From the IMG/VR virus record IMGVR_UViG_3300032227_001252: DNA of 64,000 nt. One strand, written 5' to 3'. This stretch comes from an uncultured virus (IMG/VR IMGVR_UViG_3300032227_001252). Lineage: Duplodnaviria > Heunggongvirae > Uroviricota > Caudoviricetes. The notes under the pieces are model-generated. The model worked only from the letters and a program-made list of their open reading frames with translations. It did not search any database and had not been told where the DNA came from. Shown piece by piece: positions 49,971 to 58,016 of the stretch; position 1 is the first letter of the stretch, and the number at the start of each line of letters is the position of its first letter. Position numbers and translations under genes: made by a program.

Positions 49971-50423
49971 ATGCCGTCCCGCGACCCGTACGCACCGCCG
50001 CCCATGCTGCCTCGTCAGTGGCTCCCGCTCAATCCGGGAACCATCGTCGGGACTCCTGCGAACCTGCCCGCGCCCAACCCGTTCAGCGTGAACTGGCCCA
50101 AGGCGCAGTTCTCCAACCCGTCCTACGTCGGGAGCAAGGTGGCCTTCAAGCCGCTGACTGCAATCCCGGCCAAGGAGCGGGTGGGTGCAGGGCCGATGCA
50201 CTGGTCGTGGGCCCAGTTCGGCAATGGCAAGCAGACCCTTCCGCGGTTCGCTCCGAACGCGCAGCAGAAGCCGCCTCGCGTGCTCTACAGCGGGCCCGAT
50301 CTGGGTGCAGCAGAGGACGCCGTTCCCAAGAGCGGCGGCAGCCTGCTCCCCTTCCTCATGGGCGCTCTCACCCTGGCCGCCTTCGTGATCGTCGCAGATC
50401 GGACGCTCGCTCCGGCACGCTGA
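49971..50423 (+). CDS. Pro-rich tail-anchored membrane protein
   Basis: DLGAAED motif; C-terminal TM; TACCCT-6 nt-ATG. Confidence 0.7.
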   Translation: MPSRDPYAPPPMLPRQWLPLNPGTIVGTPANLPAPNPFSVNWPKAQFSNPSYVGSKVAFKPLTAIPAKERVGAGPMHWSWAQFGNGKQTLPRFAPNAQQKPPRVLYSGPDLGAAEDAVPKSGGSLLPFLMGALTLAAFVIVADRTLAPAR

Positions 50424-50424
50424 C

Positions 50425-50883
50425 ATGACTGAAGACCAGCTCGCATCGCTCTTCGAGCGCCGTCTGACCGAAGTCCGTCAGGCGTGCGGCCCCATGACGA
50501 TCTGTCTCATGGAGGCAGGGAACGACCTGTTCCCGATGCGGCGTTCGTACGCGTTCTTCTCCGTGAGCTGCAAGCCGTACCTTATCGCTCCGCCTGGAAC
50601 CTCCGTGATCGCGTTCGCGGAGAAGTACAAGAACGCTCCGCTGAGTCGCATCGAGGCTGTCTTGATGCACGAGTTCGGGCACGCGATGGACTTCCTCGCG
50701 CACCGCTACCCCACCTTGCCCTCCGATCGCGCATCCGACCCCGCGGTACACCGTCAAGGTACCGAGCGACGTGCAGATGCCCTCGCGGAGGGGCTCTGGG
50801 GCGTGAAGATCAAGTACGACGATGACACCGTGCAGTCTCTCTGCTGCGGTGTCCGCCCTCGCCCGAGTGCTCTGGGACTCTGA
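50425..50883 (+). CDS. Small zincin-like metallopeptidase
   Basis: LMHEFGH (HExxH) and downstream ERRAD. Confidence 0.65.
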   Translation: MTEDQLASLFERRLTEVRQACGPMTICLMEAGNDLFPMRRSYAFFSVSCKPYLIAPPGTSVIAFAEKYKNAPLSRIEAVLMHEFGHAMDFLAHRYPTLPSDRASDPAVHRQGTERRADALAEGLWGVKIKYDDDTVQSLCCGVRPRPSALGL

Positions 50884-50923
50884 GGTCGGGCGAGGCTCGA
50901 GATAGCATCTTCAGGAGGCTCCC

Positions 50924-51241
50924 ATGCACGATCTCCCTCCGGGCTTCGGCTCACCTGACCTTGCTGACCAGCACCTCGGCTTCGCGCCCTTCGGCCCGCA
51001 GGGTCCGGTTCAGGCCGTTCAGTTCGGACAGTCCTCCGCGCTGGGCAACCCCGGCGTGCTCGAGGGCATGAACCCTTGGGTTCTGGCTTCCATCGGAGCC
51101 GTCGTCGCGGGTGCTGCAGGTGGGGCCATCGGCTACCAGAAGTCGCCGCAGGTCGCGGCGATCGCAGGTGGCGCTGGCGCGCTCGTGGGAGGACTGCTGG
51201 GCTACTACGGCCCCTCGCTCTTCGCCCGACTGACGAAGTAG
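50924..51241 (+). CDS. Small glycine-zipper membrane protein
   Basis: SD AGGAGG; two Gly-rich TM segments. Confidence 0.75.
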   Translation: MHDLPPGFGSPDLADQHLGFAPFGPQGPVQAVQFGQSSALGNPGVLEGMNPWVLASIGAVVAGAAGGAIGYQKSPQVAAIAGGAGALVGGLLGYYGPSLFARLTK

Positions 51242-51247
51242 GCCCTC

Positions 51248-52036
51248 GTGAGCCTGCAGGAGCATCTCGCCCAACAGCAGCTCCTTCCCTCAACGAAGGC
51301 GCAGTACAAGTCCATCCTCTCACGCACAGAGGGGAAGGACCCCATCTCCTGGCTGAAGAGCAGGATTCACGCCCGCACGCCCATCGGCACGGTTCTGCCG
51401 TACCGCGCTGCGGTCAAGCACTACCTCATGTCCGAGCAGGGCTACACAGAGGAGGAGCTCAAGGAGCTGCTCCCCAAGGCCAAGGGGCGCCCGACCGCGT
51501 ACCGCCACGCTCTGACTCCAGAGGCTTTGGCGACGTACCATGCTGCGGTTGAGGACGTACCCGACCCCTCCATGACGATCCTCACCTTGCTGCCCAAGAC
51601 GGGACTGCGCATCAGCGAGATCTGCGGTCTGCAGGTCGGCGATGTGCAGAACGTCTCGGGTGTCAGGGCGTTCGTGTTCCGCGGCAAGAGGGACAAGCAG
51701 CGGGTGGTGCCGCTGACGAAGTCAGCGGAGACGACGCTGGATGCGTACCTCGCCTCTCACCAGCCCACGAAGTGGCTCTTCACAGGGCAGATGGGTGGAC
51801 CTCTGACACCGCACGCCGTGCGAAAGCACACGCGCGCGATTGCCGCTCTGAACCCTGACCTCAACGAACTCAGTCCTCACGTCCTCCGCCACACCTACGC
51901 GACCCTGTTGGTGGCTCGTGGTGTCGACTTGAAGACGATCCAGAACCTCCTCGGGCACGAGAGCATCGAGACGACCTCTCGGTATTTGCACCCGACCGTC
52001 TCCGACCTCGCGGTTGCCGCCGCGAAACTGGAGTAG
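51248..52036 (+). CDS. Tyrosine recombinase (XerC/D-like)
   Basis: TGLRISE, GKRDKQR, HVLRH, LLGHE, TSRYLH: full R-K-H-R-H-Y set. Confidence 0.93.
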   Translation: MSLQEHLAQQQLLPSTKAQYKSILSRTEGKDPISWLKSRIHARTPIGTVLPYRAAVKHYLMSEQGYTEEELKELLPKAKGRPTAYRHALTPEALATYHAAVEDVPDPSMTILTLLPKTGLRISEICGLQVGDVQNVSGVRAFVFRGKRDKQRVVPLTKSAETTLDAYLASHQPTKWLFTGQMGGPLTPHAVRKHTRAIAALNPDLNELSPHVLRHTYATLLVARGVDLKTIQNLLGHESIETTSRYLHPTVSDLAVAAAKLE

Positions 52037-52038
52037 GT

Positions 52039-52431
52039 GTGAAGTCCCTCTCCTCCATGCGCCGTACCATCGACGCCTTCCTCGCATTTCACGGCCTGAG
52101 CCCTGAGACGCCCTACATGGTGACTGCAGGCGCCGCCCTGTACGTCTGGGGTCTTCGCGAGACCTACTCGGACATCGACATCATCGTTCCCGCTCTCCCA
52201 GAGGAGCACAGCGCCCTCGACATCTACGGTCAGGAGATCGAGGGCGGCAACCTCGCGGGCTGGCGCAACATCCCCAACTTCAGCATCGACAGGGAGTGGT
52301 CGGAGCGGCGGCTGGTGGACGGCATCTGGGTGATGTCCCTCGCAGGCATCCTGCGCTTCAAGGTCGCGCTCAACCGCCCGAAGGATCAGGCGGACATCGA
52401 GAAGCTCCTGCGGATCCTTCGTCATGTATGA
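52039..52431 (+). CDS. Minimal nucleotidyltransferase-fold protein
   Basis: AGAALYVWGLRETYSDIDI...NRPKDQADIE. Confidence 0.7.
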   Translation: MKSLSSMRRTIDAFLAFHGLSPETPYMVTAGAALYVWGLRETYSDIDIIVPALPEEHSALDIYGQEIEGGNLAGWRNIPNFSIDREWSERRLVDGIWVMSLAGILRFKVALNRPKDQADIEKLLRILRHV

Positions 52432-52717
52432 CGTGCTGGAGTGTGACCGCAGACCAACCGGCTTCGGCGAGGCGATGTACGTCCGCATACACCGTAAAGA
52501 CATGGCCGTCATGGGCTTCCGCGAGCTCTGGGATCTCTTCGACAGGCTGTACCCGAGTCTGTGGGCCGTGCAGGTGTTCCCGCCTCGGGAGAGCCTCCTG
52601 GATCAGGCAAACAAGTACCACCTGTTCGTCTACGCCCACAAGCCTGAAGGGCTGAGCCTCATGGACGGCCCGCCTCGTGGCTCGACGCTCATCGCCAACC
52701 AGCGCCAGGTCGAGTAA
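52424..52717 (+). CDS. Small phage-type hypothetical protein
   Basis: AVQVFPPRESLLDQANKYHLF. Confidence 0.7.
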   Translation: MYDVLECDRRPTGFGEAMYVRIHRKDMAVMGFRELWDLFDRLYPSLWAVQVFPPRESLLDQANKYHLFVYAHKPEGLSLMDGPPRGSTLIANQRQVE

Positions 52718-53298
52718 TGCGCGTTCGACTCCTGCCCACCGTGAGGCGGAACCCTGCCGTCGCGTTCGTGACGGATCCCATGGCGTTCCTTCGGACAACC
52801 TCAGCAGCATGGGCAGAGGGGGACGGGACCCTGCGCTTGATCCCTGAAGGGAGAGAGCACAGCACGTTCGTTGACTGGCAGAAGGTCGAGCAGATGGGCG
52901 GCCCTACGGAAGACGAAGCGTGGGCTTTCGGCGATGAGCACAGTCTCAGCGCGGACGCGGCAGTGCTCGATAGGCTCCACTGGGTCGCCATAGGCAGCAT
53001 CCTGCAGGGGCGAACCTCCCAGCCCGCGGACCGCCGCGCGATGGAAGCTCTCGCCCTCTTCCTGGCCAGTGCTGTGCTCCACTTCGCACGGCAGCGCGCC
53101 AGCCTGTTGGAGCAGGACTTCATCCTCTACGACACCAACCACCCCTTCGACCGAGGGGCCCACATCAACATCGGCGACCTGATCTCGCGCCACGCCGCGC
53201 AGGGTGTCGAGGAAGCCATGTACGACCAGTTGTCGCGGCTGCCCACTCCGACCCACCCTGTGAACATCTTCGGGACGCCCACGAAGCGCCGCAAGTAG
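52717..53298 (+). CDS. Hypothetical protein with N-terminal RRNP leader
   Basis: MRVRLLPTVRRNP; TAATG coupling. Confidence 0.7.
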   Translation: MRVRLLPTVRRNPAVAFVTDPMAFLRTTSAAWAEGDGTLRLIPEGREHSTFVDWQKVEQMGGPTEDEAWAFGDEHSLSADAAVLDRLHWVAIGSILQGRTSQPADRRAMEALALFLASAVLHFARQRASLLEQDFILYDTNHPFDRGAHINIGDLISRHAAQGVEEAMYDQLSRLPTPTHPVNIFGTPTKRRK

Positions 53299-53299
53299 G

Positions 53300-53545
53300 C
53301 CTGCTCAGGGGTGAAGGGTTAGTTGTGTTAGTTGTCGACACGGTAAACATACCTGTGTACGCTCTATAGTACATATAGAAGTAGGCTGTAGAAGCACAAC
53401 GAAGTTTTTCATCCCCTTCGTGTTCTTGAGACCAGAGCGCGCGGAAAGGTTTGTTTACCGATAACATACTGGATAAAAATGAAGAACCGGGCGCGAGGGC
53501 CCGGTCCTTGATTCCCGTTCGAGCAGCCTGCTCGAATGTCTACGC
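53300..53545. other. AT-rich non-coding region with inverted repeats at a transcription convergence point
   Basis: IR 53341-53354/53447-53460; TTAGTTGT x2; palindrome 53518-53536. Confidence 0.6.
53474..53505 (-). terminator. Intrinsic terminator for the minus-strand block
   Basis: On the minus strand, ACCGGGC-CCTCGC-GCCCGGT followed by TCTTCATTTTT. Confidence 0.55.
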
Positions 53546-53548
53546 GCC

Positions 53549-53971
53549 TCAGTCCCCGTACCCGAACGGGTTCTGCAGGAGGTGCGCCGTTCCAGGTGCC
53601 GTCGGCTTGCTGCCCGGAATCCGCGCAGGACGGGCCTTGCGGCCGCTGCGGAGGATGGCCATGTACTTGGGGTAGGACAGGCCGAACTGCGCGCGGACTT
53701 CGGCGTGCGAGACGCCGCTGTCCAGGAGACGCTTCAGCTTGAGCCGCATGTGCTCCATCTCCGCGGGGGAGAGGCGGTCAGGCATTTCGGCGGGGTTCAT
53801 CCGATACGGGTTGGCCAGGGGCTCGCCGTGAGCGTCAACGGGGTACTCCCCCCGTGCGCCGAGCTCCTTCTTCATGCGGTACTCGAACTCTGCGAACGCG
53901 CCGCCACCACGAGGGGCCGGGTTGCCGCGAGTGGCGAGCATCTCGTAGAACGCTTCCTGATGCTTTCCCAT
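53549..53971 (-). CDS. NP-modular protein with HTH-like module
   Basis: Four NP motifs; LDSGVSHAEVRAQFGLSYP is shared with the neighbouring gene. Confidence 0.75.
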   Translation of the reverse strand: MGKHQEAFYEMLATRGNPAPRGGGAFAEFEYRMKKELGARGEYPVDAHGEPLANPYRMNPAEMPDRLSPAEMEHMRLKLKRLLDSGVSHAEVRAQFGLSYPKYMAILRSGRKARPARIPGSKPTAPGTAHLLQNPFGYGD

Positions 53972-53980
53972 GAGAGCCTC

Positions 53981-55474
53981 CTACTTGGTCCAGTGCGAGC
54001 GGAGCACCATCATGTAGATGGGGTACGAGAGGCCCATCTCGGCGCGGACGTCGTTGTGCGACATGCCGCTGTCGAGCTTGGCCAGGATCTGCGAGCGCAT
54101 CTGGAGCTTCGTGGCACCGCTGGCGCGCTTGACCGAGGCGTCGTTCGCCCCTGCACCCTTCGGGTTGGCCAGGTAGTCAGAGATGCGCGCGTGCTGGGGG
54201 AGCTGTCCAGACCGCATGGCGCCGTAGTAGCCACGCTGCACGTCACGCTCGGCGGCACGGGCGTTCATCGCCTGAGCCTTCGAGACGAAGCGGGCACCGA
54301 TGGCGGCTTCCGAGCGCGCGATCGCCTTCGCCTGAGACTTCTTGAGGGCCGCGGCAGCACGAGCAGACTTGCTCTTCGCCCCCGCAAACGTGCGGGGGTT
54401 GTTGTACATCTTGTCTTCGTACATCGCCGCTTCGTACTCGGCCTGGCGGGTGATGTCAGCCATGCGGCGCTGCGACGATGCGATGTGGCGGCCGGAGCGC
54501 TTCTTGGCTGCGGTTGCGCGCTGCGAGCCGCTCATCTGGCTGCGGTGACGGGAGGGGTTGTCGAGAGCGGAGTCCGAGTAGTCAGGCGTGAACACGATGC
54601 CCGGCTCGAGCTCTTCGTAGAGGCCGAACGGGTTGCGGCGCATCGGGCCCATCATCTGGGACATAGCGGAGGGCATCGTCGGAGTACGAACGTACTGGTG
54701 GTGGCTCGACGCTGCGGAGTGCTCCGCCTGCGCCTGGCTTGCCGAGACGCTGCTGCCCGAGTCCTGATCGTACATCTCGCCGTAGTACCGCCCGAACGGG
54801 TTCGAGCGTGCACCGAGAGCGCGCTCAACCTCGCCAGGGGCCAGCATGCGAGAGCCCATCTTCATGATCTGGTTCGGAGTCATGTAGAGCGTCTTGCCAC
54901 GCTTCGACTGCACTTCGATGCGCCCCTCGCCCGGCTCAGTGATGGGCTTGAAGGGGTTGTGGAGGAGGTGAGCAGTCCCATGGGCGGCAGGCATTTTTGG
55001 CATCTCCGATGTTTTGAGCTTGGCCCGCGCCGCTTCGAGCCCGCGAGCGAACTCGGGATCCACGTTATGGATTCCCCCCTTGCGGTACAAGAAAAGATCC
55101 GCAGCCGCCAGGGCCGCCCGTTCGCGCTTGGAGATGTGAGCCCCCGGCAGGTTGAGAGCACGGTAAATGAGTCCCCGAAGCGCAACCACGAACTTCTGGT
55201 CAGGGGGAACCTTGCCGCTGGTCACATCGCCGATCTTCTTGAGGGCCTGCGCGACGTTGTCCGGCTTCAGGAAGGAAGGAGGGAGCTCGCCGCTGAGCGG
55301 GTTGTTGTGGGTGACGAGGTTCGACATGTTGCTCTGGAGGGTGTTGGAAGGGGGAAGAGGAACTTCCGAACCCGAGTTGACACCACCAGAGGGCGTGTAC
55401 TTGGGCCAGAGGACCCGGGCAGCATAGCCACGAGCCGAGAGGATGGGCGAGATGCCGGGGTTGCGGCGGGCCAT
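53981..55474 (-). CDS. NP-delimited polyprotein (8 NP motifs)
   Basis: Starts MARRNP; SD GGAG. Confidence 0.8.
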   Translation of the reverse strand: MARRNPGISPILSARGYAARVLWPKYTPSGGVNSGSEVPLPPSNTLQSNMSNLVTHNNPLSGELPPSFLKPDNVAQALKKIGDVTSGKVPPDQKFVVALRGLIYRALNLPGAHISKRERAALAAADLFLYRKGGIHNVDPEFARGLEAARAKLKTSEMPKMPAAHGTAHLLHNPFKPITEPGEGRIEVQSKRGKTLYMTPNQIMKMGSRMLAPGEVERALGARSNPFGRYYGEMYDQDSGSSVSASQAQAEHSAASSHHQYVRTPTMPSAMSQMMGPMRRNPFGLYEELEPGIVFTPDYSDSALDNPSRHRSQMSGSQRATAAKKRSGRHIASSQRRMADITRQAEYEAAMYEDKMYNNPRTFAGAKSKSARAAAALKKSQAKAIARSEAAIGARFVSKAQAMNARAAERDVQRGYYGAMRSGQLPQHARISDYLANPKGAGANDASVKRASGATKLQMRSQILAKLDSGMSHNDVRAEMGLSYPIYMMVLRSHWTK

Positions 55475-55504
55475 GGAGGTCTCCGTAGTCGTAGGTAGGC
55501 TACG

Positions 55505-55819
55505 TCAGGAAGTAGAGGTTGGGGAGGTGGGGGTAGCACTCTGGAGAGCAGCCTCGACCTTGCGGTACGAAGCGGCGTGCCAATAGGTGCACGCCCCGCC
55601 GAGCGCGGCGATGAACAAACCGTAGATCGGCTTATCCTTCATGAGCAGCAGGCCCGCCACAGCGACCGCGGGACCTCCGACTGTATAGGCGAACTTCCTC
55701 TGATGCTGCAGCACGCGCTCAGACTCGACGTCGAGGCAGAGTGCAGTGATGTTCCCTGCGGCATCACGCTGCGCGGTAACCTGTGGCGACGCGGGGATCA
55801 TGTAGAGGATGGAGTTCAT
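55505..55819 (-). CDS. Small membrane protein
   Basis: Two hydrophobic segments; TGATG coupling. Confidence 0.7.
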   Translation of the reverse strand: MNSILYMIPASPQVTAQRDAAGNITALCLDVESERVLQHQRKFAYTVGGPAVAVAGLLLMKDKPIYGLFIAALGGACTYWHAASYRKVEAALQSATPTSPTSTS

Positions 55820-56742
55820 CAGTAATCCCGGCTCGGGTACTTGGAGTCCATGAGGCGGGCTTCCTGACGATAGCGGTCTTCGCGGATCTTCTCTTCACGA
55901 GCCTCGGCGAGGTCGTGAGAGACCTGCTCGTAGTGCTCGTCGATGGCGGCCTGCGAAGCCGCGGCCCCACGCGCACCGCGCTTCGCGGCACGGGCACTGC
56001 GGAAGCGATCCTTCGGGTTCTGACGCGGAGCGCCCCGAACCGAGGGGTACTGCTGGTAGATGGGGGCCTGAGCGCGGGTGTCTGCGAAGAGACCCAGCAC
56101 ATGAGGACGAAGACTGTCTGCCGTGGCGCTGTCCCCCGTCGCGGACGCGATGATGTACTCTGCCATCATCCGGCGGTTGTAGTAGTCGCCCATGGTGTTG
56201 TCCCACAGGGGGTCGGACTCGTACACCATGCTCATCGCAACGCCGAGGTGCTTCGGCTTCGGGTACTGCTTCATGACCGCCCCGAACTGCGCGATCATGT
56301 TGTTCAAGGTCTGGATCGCCTTGGCCATGGAGGCGTCGTGGCGGGCGTGCTGCCCGGCGATGTACCCGGAGTGAGCAGCCTGAGCGGCGTCGAACTGCGC
56401 GAGTTCGCGCTCAGGGCGCATCGCAGAACGAGCCTGAACTTGGCGGCTGGAGGGCTTGCGGTCGATGTCCGTGCGGCGGGGGTTGAAGCGCATGTACTTC
56501 TCCTGTGGCGTGACAGAGAACGGGGTCCCACGCACGCGGTCGATGTTTCCGGTCAGCCTGGCGAACTGTCTGGAGGCCTCGTGGACGTCTGACCACGGGC
56601 CAAGAAGCCGCCGACCAGAAGCAGCCTCGACGATGTAATAGACGCTGTCCCCGCCCTCGCGGACCTCTGCAACAGTGTACGGAGTGGCAGAGTCAGGGCC
56701 CATCCCCGTTGTAGAGAGGAACGCGGACGGGTTGCGGCGCAT
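55819..56742 (-). CDS. NP-modular protein
   Basis: MRRNP, MRFNP, PRQNP. Confidence 0.75.
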   Translation of the reverse strand: MRRNPSAFLSTTGMGPDSATPYTVAEVREGGDSVYYIVEAASGRRLLGPWSDVHEASRQFARLTGNIDRVRGTPFSVTPQEKYMRFNPRRTDIDRKPSSRQVQARSAMRPERELAQFDAAQAAHSGYIAGQHARHDASMAKAIQTLNNMIAQFGAVMKQYPKPKHLGVAMSMVYESDPLWDNTMGDYYNRRMMAEYIIASATGDSATADSLRPHVLGLFADTRAQAPIYQQYPSVRGAPRQNPKDRFRSARAAKRGARGAAASQAAIDEHYEQVSHDLAEAREEKIREDRYRQEARLMDSKYPSRDY

Positions 56743-56744
56743 GA

Positions 56745-57314
56745 TCAGAAGCCACTCCGCTGGAACCGACCAGCAGAGGGCTGGAAGCCTGCGAGCGGCG
56801 CCTTGCCCTTCGGTGCGAGACCTTCCGCGGCGAAGAGATCCGCCTCGTACTTCCTGCGTGCAGCCAGGCCCTTGAGGACCTTGCCGCCTGCCGTCTTCGG
56901 CCCGTCAGCGATGGCCTTCTTGGCGCCTGCGTAATCGCCCGAGTTGAGCTTGGAGAGGATGGCCTTGAAGGACTTGGCGCCGAAGCCGGTGTTGAACCCG
57001 AACGAGAACACCGCGTCGAACATGCTCTGCGTCACAGGGACAGTGATCATGCTCGTGAGCTTGGACTCACGGGGGTTGAACGTCTCGTCGATGACCTTCT
57101 TGAGCGCGGCACCCTCGAGCTTGGCCTTGCCTGCAAGGTAGGAGGCGAAGTTCTTCTTCTCGTGGGACTCGATCTTCTTCCCGAGAGCGATCGTGGGGTT
57201 GCCCTTGAGCGCTGCCCATGACGAGACATCCTTTCCCGTCGCGTCGTCATAGACGTGCGGGCGGATGGCCTCCATCTTCTTCATGTGCTCAAACAGAGTG
57301 GCGCTGATCTTCAT
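56745..57314 (-). CDS. Phage lysozyme (GH24)
   Basis: E-x8-D...PTIALG; QSMFDAVFSFGFNTG; GGKVLKGLAARRKYEADLF. Confidence 0.9.
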   Translation of the reverse strand: MKISATLFEHMKKMEAIRPHVYDDATGKDVSSWAALKGNPTIALGKKIESHEKKNFASYLAGKAKLEGAALKKVIDETFNPRESKLTSMITVPVTQSMFDAVFSFGFNTGFGAKSFKAILSKLNSGDYAGAKKAIADGPKTAGGKVLKGLAARRKYEADLFAAEGLAPKGKAPLAGFQPSAGRFQRSGF

Positions 57315-57553
57315 CAGTTCCTCCGTGCCAGCGCGAGGCCGATGCCCAAGAAGCCGAAAGCGACCGCAGCGATACCCGCACCGATCGCCCAGGTGGGGAT
57401 GGCAACCATCTGAACGCCGCCCGGTGCGAGCTGCGCCACTTCGAGCGGCGCGGAGCCGGGCTCGTTGGTCAGGTCGTCACCTGGCTGCGGATCGGGAGCC
57501 GGAGTGTTCTTCGCGGCTGCGGGCGGGACGGGGCGTCCCTTGCTCTTGGCCAT
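57314..57553 (-). CDS. Small tail-anchored membrane protein
   Basis: C-terminal WAIGAGIAAVAFGFLGIGLALARR; coupled to the lysozyme gene. Confidence 0.7.
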   Translation of the reverse strand: MAKSKGRPVPPAAAKNTPAPDPQPGDDLTNEPGSAPLEVAQLAPGGVQMVAIPTWAIGAGIAAVAFGFLGIGLALARRN

Positions 57554-57562
57554 GGGATGCTC

Positions 57563-57994
57563 CTACCGACGCCGCGGGTTGGCGCGCCAGTGCATGATCC
57601 CAGCACGGTTGAGATCCCAGTTCGCCCATTCCTGGCCGTCGATGTCCGCGATCACCTCCTCGAGGGAGATGCCGGGTACAGGGGACGGGTTGTGGCGGTA
57701 GGGGTTCGTGCGGCGGAGCATCTTCCCGAGGATCTCCTGACCGCGGCTCGGGGTGGAAGCGTACTTGCCGGTCGATGCGCCCGTCTGCGCGTCCACGACG
57801 TGCCAGAAGCCGTCGCTCAGCTGCTTGAGGATGTAGCGGCGGCCTTCCGTCTCGTGGCGCTGCGTGTGCTTCGCAGTTGCTGCCCACGTGCTCTTCTCTT
57901 CATCGCCCCAGGGGACAGCCTGTCCACCAGTGGTGACCATGAAGGGGTTGCGCCGGGCCTTCCGCGGACGCTTGGGGGGCTTGTAGCCGGCCAT
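57563..57994 (-). CDS. NP-modular protein
   Basis: SD AGGAG; ARRNP, RTNP, RHNP, RANP. Confidence 0.75.
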   Translation of the reverse strand: MAGYKPPKRPRKARRNPFMVTTGGQAVPWGDEEKSTWAATAKHTQRHETEGRRYILKQLSDGFWHVVDAQTGASTGKYASTPSRGQEILGKMLRRTNPYRHNPSPVPGISLEEVIADIDGQEWANWDLNRAGIMHWRANPRRR

Positions 57995-58016
57995 GAGGTA
58001 GCTCCTGATGGCCAGA

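Noticed and set aside
53582..55498. 638-aa plus-strand ORF
   Set aside because: Shadow of the minus-strand NP-modular genes.
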